A model generated the notes under the pieces. The model saw nothing but the letters and a program-made list of their open reading frames with translations, did no database searches and was not told the origin of the DNA. Shown piece after piece: positions 37,657-47,957 of a stretch of 64,000 nt of DNA (position 1 is the stretch's first letter; each line of letters begins with the position of its first letter). This DNA is from an uncultured Gammaproteobacteria bacterium (lineage in GTDB: Bacteria > Pseudomonadota > Gammaproteobacteria > UBA9214): NCBI GenBank assembly GCA_963827755.1, contig CAWHCQ010000021.1:96001-160000 (forward strand), written 5' to 3'. The translations under genes and the position numbers were made by a program.

Positions 37657-38595
37657 ATGTTCAATAAAAATGTCCGTTTATGGATCTACGGCGTTTTTCT
37701 TGCAGTAGGCTCCGTACTCTTGTTCATGGGCGGCCCCGATTATTACTCATCCAGATCATTCAGGAATTTCTGGGATATCGGTCATATTGTCTATTTTGCG
37801 CTATTAGCTGGCCTGTTATCTCGATGGACTCTTGTCTCCCGAATGTCCCTCGCATGGCAGTGGACCTTTATTCTCGTTATTACACTTTTGCTGGGTATCG
37901 CGATCGAGCTCATGCAACATGGTACTGCGCGCATTCCGGACACAGGCGATGTGCTCCGCGACCTGACCGGCAGCCTTCTGGTGCTGGTTTTTGGTTCCCT
38001 GGGAGCGAAAGTACAACCTGTCAGCCGGAGGCTTTCCCTGCAGTCTGGTGTGTTGATGCTCATGCTGGTCCAGTTATGGCCTGTGACCAAAAGCCTGATT
38101 GACGAAACAATTGCACGGCATCAGTTCCCGCTCTTGTCTGGTTTTGAAACACCGTTCGAAATCGATCGCTGGGCAGGCAGTGCCGGGCTGTCTGTCGAAA
38201 CCATGGCTTCTATCTCTCAAGGCAAGCTGCTGAAACTGTCGCTGGGGACGGATCAATATTCAGGAGCGGCACTCAGCTACTTTAATGGTAACTGGGCATC
38301 TGCCCGCTCATTGAAAATCAGTCTCTACAATCCCGATGCAAGCCCGCTACATATTACTTGCAGGATTCATGATCTCCGGCATGCCGATGGTAATGAGGAA
38401 TATGACGACCGTTTCAACAGCAGCTTCCTCCTGATGCAGGGTTGGAGCCATATAGAAATAGATCTGGACGAAGTGGAAGAAAGCCCTGCAAGTCGCAGCA
38501 TGGATATGAGCCGCATTCGGGGGCTTGGAGTTTTTGTCGTGTCACTGCCCGCACCCAGGATTCTCTACCTCGATGAAATACGACTCCTTTATTGA
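37657..38595 (+). CDS. VanZ-like membrane protein with C-terminal beta-sandwich (CBM-like) domain
   Basis: GHIVYFA...IELMQ...R..D..D...D..G VanZ-like pattern; lower GC than flanks. Confidence 0.65.
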   Translation: MFNKNVRLWIYGVFLAVGSVLLFMGGPDYYSSRSFRNFWDIGHIVYFALLAGLLSRWTLVSRMSLAWQWTFILVITLLLGIAIELMQHGTARIPDTGDVLRDLTGSLLVLVFGSLGAKVQPVSRRLSLQSGVLMLMLVQLWPVTKSLIDETIARHQFPLLSGFETPFEIDRWAGSAGLSVETMASISQGKLLKLSLGTDQYSGAALSYFNGNWASARSLKISLYNPDASPLHITCRIHDLRHADGNEEYDDRFNSSFLLMQGWSHIEIDLDEVEESPASRSMDMSRIRGLGVFVVSLPAPRILYLDEIRLLY

Positions 38596-38781
38596 GCGTT
38601 AGGAATCCAGGTCGCGGCAGATGCGGTGGACATGCGTTGTTGCGAGCGGAAAAGGCACAGCTGCCAGGCGAAGTGCCGCTCCGCCGCAGGTCAGGTGACC
38701 TGGGCCCGGGAAACGCATCCGGTTCGTGCTACGCTTTAGCATGTATTCAGGCAAACCTGCACACCCCGAAGGAGAATCTTC

Positions 38782-39222
38782 ATGGCCGTCTATTCCAATA
38801 TACTGATCGCCGTAGACTTCACTCCTGCCACGGATGCTGTCACGCGGCAGGCAATGGATCTGGGCCGTGCCTTCAAGGCGCGGCTCAGCCTGGTGCATGT
38901 GGTTGAATTCGTGCCGCTGGACCTGTCCAACGACCTGGTTCTGCCGCAGGAGGTGGAGATCGACCAGGAACTGGTGAAGATGGCCGGGCAGCGTCTGCAG
39001 GCGCTGGCAGAAACACTGGGTGTCGATCAGTCAGCCTGTTTTGTCAGCCAGGGCAGTACCCGGCGCGAGATCATTCACCTGGCCAAAGAGCGGGATGTGG
39101 ATCTAATCGTCATCGGCAGTCACGGCAGGGAGGGAATCCAGCGGCTGCTTGGCTCAACGGCCAACGCTGTCCTGCATGGAGCACCCTGCGACGTGCTCGC
39201 GGTGCGGATAAAGGACGAATAG
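38782..39222 (+). CDS. Universal stress protein (UspA family)
   Basis: ILIAVDF and DLIVIGSHGREG...LGSTANAVLHGAPCDVLAV. Confidence 0.93.
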   Translation: MAVYSNILIAVDFTPATDAVTRQAMDLGRAFKARLSLVHVVEFVPLDLSNDLVLPQEVEIDQELVKMAGQRLQALAETLGVDQSACFVSQGSTRREIIHLAKERDVDLIVIGSHGREGIQRLLGSTANAVLHGAPCDVLAVRIKDE

Positions 39223-39402
39223 TGTGCCAGGGCAGCAAGATCGCCCGCATCAAGGCGCGCAGGTCCGGATTACTCCTGTGCCGTTTGGTGAAACCATTTC
39301 CTGGTGCGAAGGCAATGCAACCGGAGATGTAACTGCCAGGCGTCGCAACGGTCGGCATTCCTGCATCAACACTCACTGCTTTGCTTAAGGGCAAGACAAT
39401 AA

Positions 39403-39434
39403 AAAAGGGGTCCGTGTCGACACGGACCCCTTTT
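39403..39434. terminator. Bidirectional intrinsic terminator
   Basis: Perfect 32-bp palindrome AAAAGGGGTCCGTGTC/GACACGGACCCCTTTT between convergent genes. Confidence 0.85.
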
Positions 39435-39447
39435 ATGTGCAGGCAGA

Positions 39448-40626
39448 CTAGCCGCGGCTTATTTTTGCCGCCCAGTTGTCTGCAACGGCCTTGGCTGCGT
39501 CCCTGCCACCGAGACCGAAGGCGAGCGCTGCTGCAACCGCTACACTGCCGATGGTGAAGCCAAAGGCCATGGTGACGATATTGTCGGCGAGACCCATCGC
39601 CTTCAGGCCCATCGCCAGGACGAGGCCGAGTATTGCGATTCTTGCAATATTGGCAACGCCGCTGTTGCCGTGGCCAGACAGCTTGTTGTAGGCAATGGTG
39701 CTGAGGAAGTTGCCGATGATCAGGATCAGGCCGCCAACCAGCAGCCCGCCGCCGAATTGCAGAACTTTGGCGAACACCTCGGAGATGATTTCAATTCCCA
39801 GGATATTCACGGCAGCCGTCGCTGCGGCCACCATCGAGAAAAACATGATCGCGCCGCCGACAAGGCTCGTGGGCGTGAATGACTCCGTGAACATGCCCTG
39901 TATACCCATTTTCTGTGGCAGTGCATTGATGTTCATGCCTTCGAGGAGTCCGCTAAGGATGAAGATAACGAACTTCGCGACGAAGAAGACCACCAGCAGG
40001 ATGATGGCTGCGCCAATGATGTTGGGCACCGCGGCCATCAATTTCTGGATCATGGCGGATGCCGGGTCCGAGATTGCCGGAATATTCAGCACGCCGAGGG
40101 CGGAAACCACGATGGGCAGCAGGATTATCGCGAACAGCAGCGCGCTGCCGAATTTTGAGATCTTGATATCCTTGTTCCCGGTGCGCTCTGCCAGCTGCTC
40201 GTCCACCTTGCCGAGTCCGACGCCCGCCAGCTGGGAGACGATTTTTGCTATGACCCAGCCTGCGTAAGCGATGACGCCGGCACCGATGACGTTTGGTATC
40301 GCTGATGTAAACTTGCTCACCATGTCCTTCAAGGGTTCCAGCACGTCGGTCAGGCCGAAATGCTGCAGCACTGCCATGAGTACAAAGATGGTCAGCACTG
40401 CCTTGACCAGGGACGCGATCGGCGATGCCAGGTCCGTGACCGAACCATCATCGTTGGTGCGATGCAGCATCGAAACCTTTGTCAGCATTCGCTTGAAGAC
40501 GCCGACGATTAACTTGACGATAAAAAGACCGATAACAAGAATTGCCAGGCCGATCAATGCATGACCGAGCGCACCGGAGCCCGACGAACCCAGGACCCCG
40601 GTTATTTTGCTGATAATTTCATTCAT
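39448..40626 (-). CDS. CmpX/MscS TM-helix-repeat membrane protein
   Basis: Repeated PN(V/I)IGA..I....G units; C-terminal AFGLGGRDAA. Confidence 0.75.
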   Translation of the reverse strand: MNEIISKITGVLGSSGSGALGHALIGLAILVIGLFIVKLIVGVFKRMLTKVSMLHRTNDDGSVTDLASPIASLVKAVLTIFVLMAVLQHFGLTDVLEPLKDMVSKFTSAIPNVIGAGVIAYAGWVIAKIVSQLAGVGLGKVDEQLAERTGNKDIKISKFGSALLFAIILLPIVVSALGVLNIPAISDPASAMIQKLMAAVPNIIGAAIILLVVFFVAKFVIFILSGLLEGMNINALPQKMGIQGMFTESFTPTSLVGGAIMFFSMVAAATAAVNILGIEIISEVFAKVLQFGGGLLVGGLILIIGNFLSTIAYNKLSGHGNSGVANIARIAILGLVLAMGLKAMGLADNIVTMAFGFTIGSVAVAAALAFGLGGRDAAKAVADNWAAKISRG

Positions 40627-40788
40627 AATGTATTGACTCCCGTTGTATGTGTACTACTTGTGTTTGTTCACCCTGTATCTTAATCATAATGTGGTGCGCA
40701 ATGAATGCATGAATTGTTACATATTGTTTCCTGGCAGGCAGAAACCCCGTATTCCCGGTCTTTCGGGCTTGTGACTGATAGCCGCTTG

Positions 40789-41439
40789 CTAGCGCAGGAA
40801 AGAAATCATTTCCTCGCCGCGAGTCTCCTCATTCAGGTTTTTCCGGTATGGCGTAACTTTTGCAATCATGCTGAGATGTGGGTGATGAAAATAATATACG
40901 TGGTCGCCATCGACCCGCTGCTTCCTGATTAATTGCTGAATCGGACGTTTGGGTAATGAATCATCCGGGATTTTGCTGGACATCAGCAGAACGTCAATAT
41001 CAAGGTACAGGTCGTGCTCCATCTCAAGTTTTACGCTCCCGGCGATGCTTTTGCTCTGGCTGTTAACCATAGACTCGAGCGGGTAGGGGACTGAATTGCT
41101 GCTATCGTATGCGAGTTGCCGCCATGCGCGATGAAGCAGGACATTGTAATCACTCGATTCTTCAAGTGATTCGGAGATGTTCTTGAGCTGGTAGAACTTG
41201 TATGCGAGCTCGGTGAATTCACCTTCCGGAAAGGCGCGCTCACTGACAGGCAATTTTTTTGCTCCGTTTATGTTCGTATTTTCAACGCTGGTATTGTTTT
41301 TGTTGTTCAGGAATACGATGATTTCGACGTCATAGATCGGCGGATAGCCGGCATCTGCTGCCTGCAGGAACAGCATCGCAAGCAATATAAATGTTCCCGG
41401 TAATCCGATATTGCGTTTCAAACTGACTGCCTGAATCAT
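40789..41439 (-). CDS. CsiV-like periplasmic (peptidoglycan-binding) protein
   Basis: Signal peptide, YDVEIIVF, YNVLLHRAWRQ, G.VKL...LYLD and YYFHHP. Confidence 0.65.
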   Translation of the reverse strand: MIQAVSLKRNIGLPGTFILLAMLFLQAADAGYPPIYDVEIIVFLNNKNNTSVENTNINGAKKLPVSERAFPEGEFTELAYKFYQLKNISESLEESSDYNVLLHRAWRQLAYDSSNSVPYPLESMVNSQSKSIAGSVKLEMEHDLYLDIDVLLMSSKIPDDSLPKRPIQQLIRKQRVDGDHVYYFHHPHLSMIAKVTPYRKNLNEETRGEEMISFLR

Positions 41440-41543
41440 GGTTTAAGCCCCCTGGTTTCTGTGTCGAATTTCAGTCCTGAAGTAATACGCGATGTCATGA
41501 ACTCATCAATAAACCAGTGCACAGACTGTGCGCAAGGTCATGT

Positions 41544-44417
41544 TTAATTCGGCAGTACTGCGACTTCGGAAAGTGTTTCCTGCAGGACAAACAGGGCCGG
41601 TACTGTATTCGGCCGGCCGATGTGGTTGCCCTGTGCACGGTCGATTCCCATTTCCCTGAGGATGACCAGTGTCTCTGCATTTTCAACGCATTCCGCAACA
41701 GTCTTCTTGCCAAGTGCATGTGCGACCTGGTTCATGGACTCGACCATCGCCTGGTCAACAGAACTGTGCGCCAGGCCTTTAACAAATGAGCCATCGATCT
41801 TGAGCTTGTCCACAGCCAGGTGCTTCAGGTAGGCAAACGACGAAAAACCCGAGCCGAAATCATCGAGCGCAAACTGGCAGCCAATATCCTTTAATGCAGA
41901 GATAAATCTTTCGGCAGCGGCCAGGTTTGCAATCGCGGCAGTCTCGGTGATTTCAAATGTGATCCGGCCTGGATCCAGCTCGGTGGTGTTGAGCAAATCC
42001 TGTATCAGGGGCAGCAGGGTATGATCTTCAAAGGCCTTGCCGGACAGGTTGATGGAAAAATTGGCGTGTTGACCGCGGCGATGCATTTTGTCCAGTTGCA
42101 GGATGGCGCGCTTGACGATCCAGCGGTCGACGCTGTGGATCAGGCCAAAACGTTCTGCAGCAGGCATGAAGCCGCCCGGTAATATGACCTTGCCGTCATC
42201 GCAGACCATGCGTACCAGTACTTCATAATCGAGTATCTCTCCGCTGGCGACCGAGACAATGGGCTGGAAAACCAGCTGGAATCGGTCGTGTTCAAGCATT
42301 TCACGCACCTGTGCCGCCCATTCCATGTCAGCTGCCATGCCGTCCTTGTCAAGGTCGGCAGGATTGTAGAGGTGTGCACGGTTGCGACCCTGCTGTTTCG
42401 CCATGTGACAGGCAAGGTCAGCATGTGAAAGGACTTCTTCGGCGGAGCATGTGCTGTCGTCTATCATTGCAACGCCGATGCTGCAGCTGATGTTGAACGA
42501 CATGTCATTGTCGGCAAATTTGTAGTTATCACAAAGGGTGCGGAAGTTATCGGCGGCACGCAACACATCCCCTTGTGTAATGTTGTAGAGTAATAGTGTG
42601 AATTCATCACCACCGAAGCGGGCCAGCAGGTCACCTTCACGAACATGGGCGGACAGCAGCGTGGCAATATCAACCAGCATGCGATCACCGGCTGCATGCC
42701 CGATGGTGTCATTGATGTACTTGAACTGGTCAAGATCAATATAAAACAGGGCACAGCTCGTGCCGCTGCGTGCAACGCGTGCCACTGATCGCTCGAGTTC
42801 TTCCTGAAAATATTTCCGGTTGAACATTCCTGTCAGTGGATCATGATCAGCATGGTAAGAAAGCTGGTGCTGAAAAGCTTTCTGTTCCGTGATGTCACGC
42901 GCCATGCCACTTATATGAATAACCCTTCCCATTTGATCCTTGTGAGACTTGGCGCTGATGCTGAGGAAATGCGGTTTGCCTTCATCGTCGAGGTGTACGG
43001 TTTCAAACTGCACAGCGTCTGCGCCGCGCATCAGTGACTCGATTGCCTCCCGGTCGTTCGGCGGATGATCCGGTGAGCGAAACTCGTGCAGGTAACGCTG
43101 CAGCATTTTGTCCGGGCCATAGCCATAGATACCCTGGCAGGCGCGATTCACATACGTCAGGTGACCCCGGGAGTCCATGGTCCACACCATGTCATGCGCT
43201 GTTTCAACCAGGTCCCGGTAGCGGCTTTCTGCCTCGCGCAGGCGTAACTCGATTTCCCTGCGTTGGGTAATATCAGCGACCAGGCAGGTGAACATGTGTT
43301 GCTGCCCGATTTTCATATCGCTGATGCGTACAGAAATTTTCATTGCCGTGCCATTGCGATGACTGGCTTCAATTTCGCGTGCTGATGCTGTTGCCTGTAT
43401 CGCGCCGTTGACATCTGCGATTTCAGGCAACAGTTGCTGCAACGGACGCTGATGAATTTCACTCGCCTGGTAGCCGAATATTTTTTCTGCGGCGGGATTG
43501 AAGGTTTCTACCAGGCCGCTGGCGTTGATGACGATAATGCCCTCGGCAGCGGTTTCCACCACGGCGCGCATATGTGATTCCTGTTCATCCAGTTTGCGGA
43601 ATAATTTGCCAAGAGTATGGGTCATGAAGCCGATCTCGTCGGTTGACTGCGGCTGCAGCTTCGCCAGTTCTTCGTTTAACGAGGCGCCGTTGCTCATCAG
43701 CAGGGCCTGTATCGGCTCCAGTGCCTGGGTCATGCTGCGTACCGAGAACAGTGTGATGATGCCCGTGATACACACCAGCATCAGCCAGATGGCCATGTGG
43801 CCGGGTGTCAGCATGCCGGTCTGCAGCCACTGGTAATTCATCAGCAGGGTGTAGGACAGCAGCGGGACGAAACCGACCAGCAGCAGTATTTTCGATTTCA
43901 GGCTGACCTGGATCTTCAGCAGTGTCAGGTGGCCGGCCAGTTTGCCAATCTGGTCGAGTGCCAGCTGGTAGGTTGGCAGTCCCACCAGGGTGCCGACCGA
44001 GAGTTGCAGCAGCATCAGCTGGAAGAATGGCCCGGGAGCCGTGGCGATGGGTATGCCTGCCGCCAGGAAAAACACCGCGGGCGTGACCAGTGCATAGAAA
44101 AGGCAGTAGCACCAGTAATCCCGCGTGAAACGCGCCAGGTGTTGCTGCTCCAGGTCCGGGAGTTCGGCATCCAGCGGGCCATCACCGAGGACGTCAGGCA
44201 AGTTCTTGAAATAACTATAGAAATTAATATAGGCCAGCGACATGACCAGCAGCACAAAGCCAGCCAGGATGATGAGGGTGTCCGTGTTGTACAGGTCCTG
44301 GCGGGTAATGAGCCCAAACAGCAGGGCGGTGGATAATCCGGCCAGGGGGGCGAGCAGCAAACCTAGACTAATCAGCGAGATAAAGCGCCTGCGGATGATC
44401 TTGAGATCACTTAGCAT
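41544..44417 (-). CDS. Membrane PAS-PAS-GGDEF-EAL c-di-GMP enzyme
   Basis: N-terminal TMs, two PAS domains, REGD I-site plus GGDEF, EVLVR and DDFGSGFSS. Confidence 0.93.
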   Translation of the reverse strand: MLSDLKIIRRRFISLISLGLLLAPLAGLSTALLFGLITRQDLYNTDTLIILAGFVLLVMSLAYINFYSYFKNLPDVLGDGPLDAELPDLEQQHLARFTRDYWCYCLFYALVTPAVFFLAAGIPIATAPGPFFQLMLLQLSVGTLVGLPTYQLALDQIGKLAGHLTLLKIQVSLKSKILLLVGFVPLLSYTLLMNYQWLQTGMLTPGHMAIWLMLVCITGIITLFSVRSMTQALEPIQALLMSNGASLNEELAKLQPQSTDEIGFMTHTLGKLFRKLDEQESHMRAVVETAAEGIIVINASGLVETFNPAAEKIFGYQASEIHQRPLQQLLPEIADVNGAIQATASAREIEASHRNGTAMKISVRISDMKIGQQHMFTCLVADITQRREIELRLREAESRYRDLVETAHDMVWTMDSRGHLTYVNRACQGIYGYGPDKMLQRYLHEFRSPDHPPNDREAIESLMRGADAVQFETVHLDDEGKPHFLSISAKSHKDQMGRVIHISGMARDITEQKAFQHQLSYHADHDPLTGMFNRKYFQEELERSVARVARSGTSCALFYIDLDQFKYINDTIGHAAGDRMLVDIATLLSAHVREGDLLARFGGDEFTLLLYNITQGDVLRAADNFRTLCDNYKFADNDMSFNISCSIGVAMIDDSTCSAEEVLSHADLACHMAKQQGRNRAHLYNPADLDKDGMAADMEWAAQVREMLEHDRFQLVFQPIVSVASGEILDYEVLVRMVCDDGKVILPGGFMPAAERFGLIHSVDRWIVKRAILQLDKMHRRGQHANFSINLSGKAFEDHTLLPLIQDLLNTTELDPGRITFEITETAAIANLAAAERFISALKDIGCQFALDDFGSGFSSFAYLKHLAVDKLKIDGSFVKGLAHSSVDQAMVESMNQVAHALGKKTVAECVENAETLVILREMGIDRAQGNHIGRPNTVPALFVLQETLSEVAVLPN

Positions 44418-44679
44418 GATCGTGTCCTGGACTCTCCTCGCATTGTTGCCCCGGTCTTGTAGCGTGAGTGCCTGTATTTATATTTTTAGAATTAGTGTGC
44501 TAGAACCGATATCGGATCCGTTCGCTGAATACTATGTCATAACTATGTGTAATATCAAGACTAGTTTCCGATATATAACGGACGGCACCGGGCGGCGAGT
44601 GAAGCCGGCCGGGGCCGGCGTTTGTTACCGGGTTCCAACGTACAATGAGCGGCTTGATTGACGGCTGACAGGGATCGAT

Positions 44680-45789
44680 ATGAAAAGACGAAATTTTCTC
44701 GGCAAGGCCGGCGCCGGTGCGTTGCTGGCCGGTACGGCGTTGAGCGGTTGCGGCCAGGAGCAGACGGCTGCAACCGGCGCTGCCAAAGACGATCAGCAGA
44801 CCTTCAGCTGGAAGATGGTGACGACCTGGCCCAAGAACTTTCCCGGGCTGGGTACCGGCGCCAACAATGTTGCGCGCCTGATTGGTGAAATGAGTGGCGG
44901 GCGTATCGAGGTCAGGGTTTACGGCGCGAAAGAACTGGTGCCGGCGTTCGAGGTGTTCGATGCCGTGTCAGCAGGCACCGCGGAAATGGGGCATGGTGCT
45001 GCCTATTACTGGAAGGGTAAGAGTGAGGCCGCACAGTTTTTCGCGGCGGTACCCTTTGGCATGAATGCGCAGGAGATGAACGCCTGGTTGTTTTACGGCG
45101 GTGGTATGGAATTGTGGCAGGAGGTGTATGCACCGTTTGGCGTACTCCCGGCAGCTGCCGGTAATTCCGGTGTGCAGATGGGCGGCTGGTTCAACAAGGA
45201 GATCAATGACCTCGAAGATTTAAGTGGTTTGAAGATGCGCATTCCCGGACTGGGTGGCGAGGTGCTGAAACGTGCAGGCGGCACACCGGTACAGGTTGCC
45301 GGGGGTGAGATCTTCACTGCCCTGCAGTCCGGCGCTATCGATGCGACCGAATGGGTAGGGCCGTATAACGACCTGGCCTTTGGCCTGTACAAGGCGGCAG
45401 AATACTACTATTACCCGGGTTGGCATGAACCGGGCACCACGCTGGAATGCCTGATTAACCGGGCAGCCTTCGATGCCTTGCCTGCCGATCTGCAAAGTAT
45501 TGTTATGAATGCCTGCCGGGTAGTGAATGCAGACATGCTGTCGGAGTATACGGCGCGCAACAATATTGCACTGCAAACGCTGATTAGCGAACACGGCGTC
45601 GACGTCAGGGAATTCCCTGCAGAAGTGCTTGAGCGGTTGCGTGCGCTGTCAGAAGAGGTTGTCGCCGAGATAGCCGGCAAGGATGCATTGTCAGCCAGGG
45701 TATTCGAATCGTACCGGGGCTTTCAGAAGCAGGTGGTTGCCTGGCATGACATTTCGGAACGCGCCTATCTGAATGTACGCGCAGGCTAG
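44680..45789 (+). CDS. TRAP transporter substrate-binding protein (TakP-like)
   Basis: Tat motif RRNFL, lipobox LSGC, WKMVTTWP, KMRIPGLGG and YYPGWHEP. Confidence 0.92.
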   Translation: MKRRNFLGKAGAGALLAGTALSGCGQEQTAATGAAKDDQQTFSWKMVTTWPKNFPGLGTGANNVARLIGEMSGGRIEVRVYGAKELVPAFEVFDAVSAGTAEMGHGAAYYWKGKSEAAQFFAAVPFGMNAQEMNAWLFYGGGMELWQEVYAPFGVLPAAAGNSGVQMGGWFNKEINDLEDLSGLKMRIPGLGGEVLKRAGGTPVQVAGGEIFTALQSGAIDATEWVGPYNDLAFGLYKAAEYYYYPGWHEPGTTLECLINRAAFDALPADLQSIVMNACRVVNADMLSEYTARNNIALQTLISEHGVDVREFPAEVLERLRALSEEVVAEIAGKDALSARVFESYRGFQKQVVAWHDISERAYLNVRAG

Positions 45790-45823
45790 ACGTTGCTGGT
45801 TAATTGGTTGCTGCAGGATGGGT

Positions 45824-45886
45824 GTAGGAGCGGATCTAATCCGCGATTGCTGATAAAAAGGTGCAGGAGCGGATCTAATCCGCGAT
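45824..45886 (+). repeat. Two direct copies of REP family A
   Basis: GTAGGAGCGGATCTAATCCGCGAT (45824-45847) and GCAGGAGCGGATCTAATCCGCGAT (45863-45886). Confidence 0.85.
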
Positions 45887-45926
45887 ACGATGCCTGGAAA
45901 TTCCGCAGAAGAACCGTTTTGAACAA

Positions 45927-46499
45927 TCAGTAGAAGGCGTAACCCAGCCGGAACAGATGCAGGTTCATACCATCATTTGGTCTCTTGATGCCGGCATTCG
46001 AGATGTGCTGAAAACGGTAGGCGATTTCGTACTGGCCGTTGCCGCCAAAGCCGAGTCCCACACCAAGCAGAGAGCCGAATTGAAATGCAGTTGAATATTC
46101 CTGGTAACCCAGTTGTGTTCTTGAAAGCAGATGAGGGCCAACCCCGGCCTCTGCATAGGGTGTAACACCGCGGGAGAGATTGGCATCGCGTTGATAGCGG
46201 AGCACCGGTGTCAGGCTGAGGTCCATCAGTTCATTGTTTTTACTGTTAGTCAGTCCTGAATCCATATAGGCAAGTTCTGCATCCCAGTAGCCGCCGAGAT
46301 ACCATGCCCCGCCCTTGAACCAGGTGCGCTCCCAGCGGTTTTGCAGTCCCAGCCGGTAGATATCGGTATCGTTGGAGCTTTCATCCTGGCCGAAGGTGAA
46401 TGAGAAGGAATCGACCCAGCCGCTTGCGCCGGCGGCCGGGCTTAATGCCTGCGCAATCAGCAAGAGTGTTACGGCAGTCAGGCGGCGTAAATGATTCAT
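45927..46499 (-). CDS. pagL: Lipid A 3-O-deacylase/acyloxyacyl hydrolase (PagL family)
   Basis: Signal peptide, PYAEAGVG, STAFQFG, catalytic HISNAG..PNDG and C-terminal aromatic residue. Confidence 0.8.
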   Translation of the reverse strand: MNHLRRLTAVTLLLIAQALSPAAGASGWVDSFSFTFGQDESSNDTDIYRLGLQNRWERTWFKGGAWYLGGYWDAELAYMDSGLTNSKNNELMDLSLTPVLRYQRDANLSRGVTPYAEAGVGPHLLSRTQLGYQEYSTAFQFGSLLGVGLGFGGNGQYEIAYRFQHISNAGIKRPNDGMNLHLFRLGYAFY

Positions 46500-46562
46500 A
46501 GGCAGTCGTGGTGCACCATGTCGACAGTGTAATAATCGCACGGATCGGGTATTCAAGACAAA

Positions 46563-47951
46563 TCAGGTCATATAGATATAGTGTGGCAACCAGGTGGCCA
46601 GCTGCGGCCAGAAAGCCAGGATTATGAGCAGCAGCACCTGCAGCCCGATAAAGGGCATGACACCCTGGTATATGTGCCGGGTACTTATTTCTGCCGGTGC
46701 AACACCGCGCAGGTAAAACAGCGCGAAGCCAAAGGGCGGGGTGAGAAACGACGTCTGCAGGTTTACAGCAATCATGATGCCCAGCCAGACCGGGTCGAAG
46801 CCCATGGCCAGCAGCACCGGGCCGACAATCGGTACAACTACAAAGGTAATCTCGATAAAGTCGAGTACAAAACCGAGCAGAAACATCAGCAGCATCACCG
46901 CCAGCATGGCGCCGAGTCGGCCGCCCGGCAGGTCGACAAGCAGATTTTCGACCACGGTATCACCGCCAAATCCGCGAAACACCAGCGAGAATATCGAGGC
47001 GCCGATCAGGATCATGAACACCATGCTGGTGATGCGCGTGGTGCTGAGTGTTACCTCGCCAAGGATTGCCATGTTGAAATATCCCCGCGAGATCGCCAGC
47101 AACGCTGCACCGATGGCGCCGACCGAGGCTGCTTCGGTGGGGGTGGCGATACCGGCCAGTATCGAACCGAGCACCGCAACGATCAGCAGCAGCGGCGGCA
47201 GCAAGCCACGCAGGACGCGTACGAGCAGTGTCCCTGCGTCTGCGGAACCGGCGGGCAGATCAGGCAGGCCCGGCAGTGCATCCCGGCGCGTGTTGGCAAT
47301 ATATGTGAGATACAAAAGGTACAGGGAGACAAGCAGCAAGCCGGGTAGCAGTGCACCGGCAAACAGGTCACCCACTGAAACGGTTTTCGGCGAGTAGATG
47401 CCCATGTCGAGCTGCGCCTGCTGATAGGCCGATGACAGCACATCGCCCAGCAGCACCAGCACGATGGACGGTGGAATGATTTGCCCCAGTGTGCCCGAGG
47501 AGCAGATGATCCCGGTCGCGATACGCGGGTCATAGCCATGTCGCAGCATGGTTGGTAACGACAGCAGGCCCATGGTGACCACGGTGGCGCCAACAATCCC
47601 GGTGCTTGCGGCCAGCAGCATGCCGACGATGATGACCGAGTAACCCAGGCCACCGCGGATGCGGCCGAACAGCGCGGCCATGGTGTCGAGCAGGTCTTCG
47701 GCGATGCGCGAGCGTTCCAGCATGACACCCATGAAGACAAACAGCGGTACCGCGATCAGGGTGATGTTGGTCATGATCCCGTAGAGCCGGTTTGGCAGTG
47801 CGCCAAGGAAGGCCGCATCGAAATTGCCGGTCATCTGGCCAACAAAGGCAAAGCCGAGCGCCGTGCCTGCCAGTGTAAAGGCCACCGGGAAACCGCTCAT
47901 CAACAGCAGGCATACCACGACAAACAGCAGCAGCGGTATCAGCTCGGCCAT
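46563..47951 (-). CDS. dctM: TRAP transporter large permease
   Basis: AASTGIVGATVV, GTLGQIIPPS and NLQTSFLTPPFG. Confidence 0.93.
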   Translation of the reverse strand: MAELIPLLLFVVVCLLLMSGFPVAFTLAGTALGFAFVGQMTGNFDAAFLGALPNRLYGIMTNITLIAVPLFVFMGVMLERSRIAEDLLDTMAALFGRIRGGLGYSVIIVGMLLAASTGIVGATVVTMGLLSLPTMLRHGYDPRIATGIICSSGTLGQIIPPSIVLVLLGDVLSSAYQQAQLDMGIYSPKTVSVGDLFAGALLPGLLLVSLYLLYLTYIANTRRDALPGLPDLPAGSADAGTLLVRVLRGLLPPLLLIVAVLGSILAGIATPTEAASVGAIGAALLAISRGYFNMAILGEVTLSTTRITSMVFMILIGASIFSLVFRGFGGDTVVENLLVDLPGGRLGAMLAVMLLMFLLGFVLDFIEITFVVVPIVGPVLLAMGFDPVWLGIMIAVNLQTSFLTPPFGFALFYLRGVAPAEISTRHIYQGVMPFIGLQVLLLIILAFWPQLATWLPHYIYMT

Positions 47952-47957
47952 GGCGGG

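Noticed and set aside
45824-45886. Mini CRISPR array
   Set aside because: Only two repeats with a 15-bp spacer, same family as the REP at 28570, and no cas genes.
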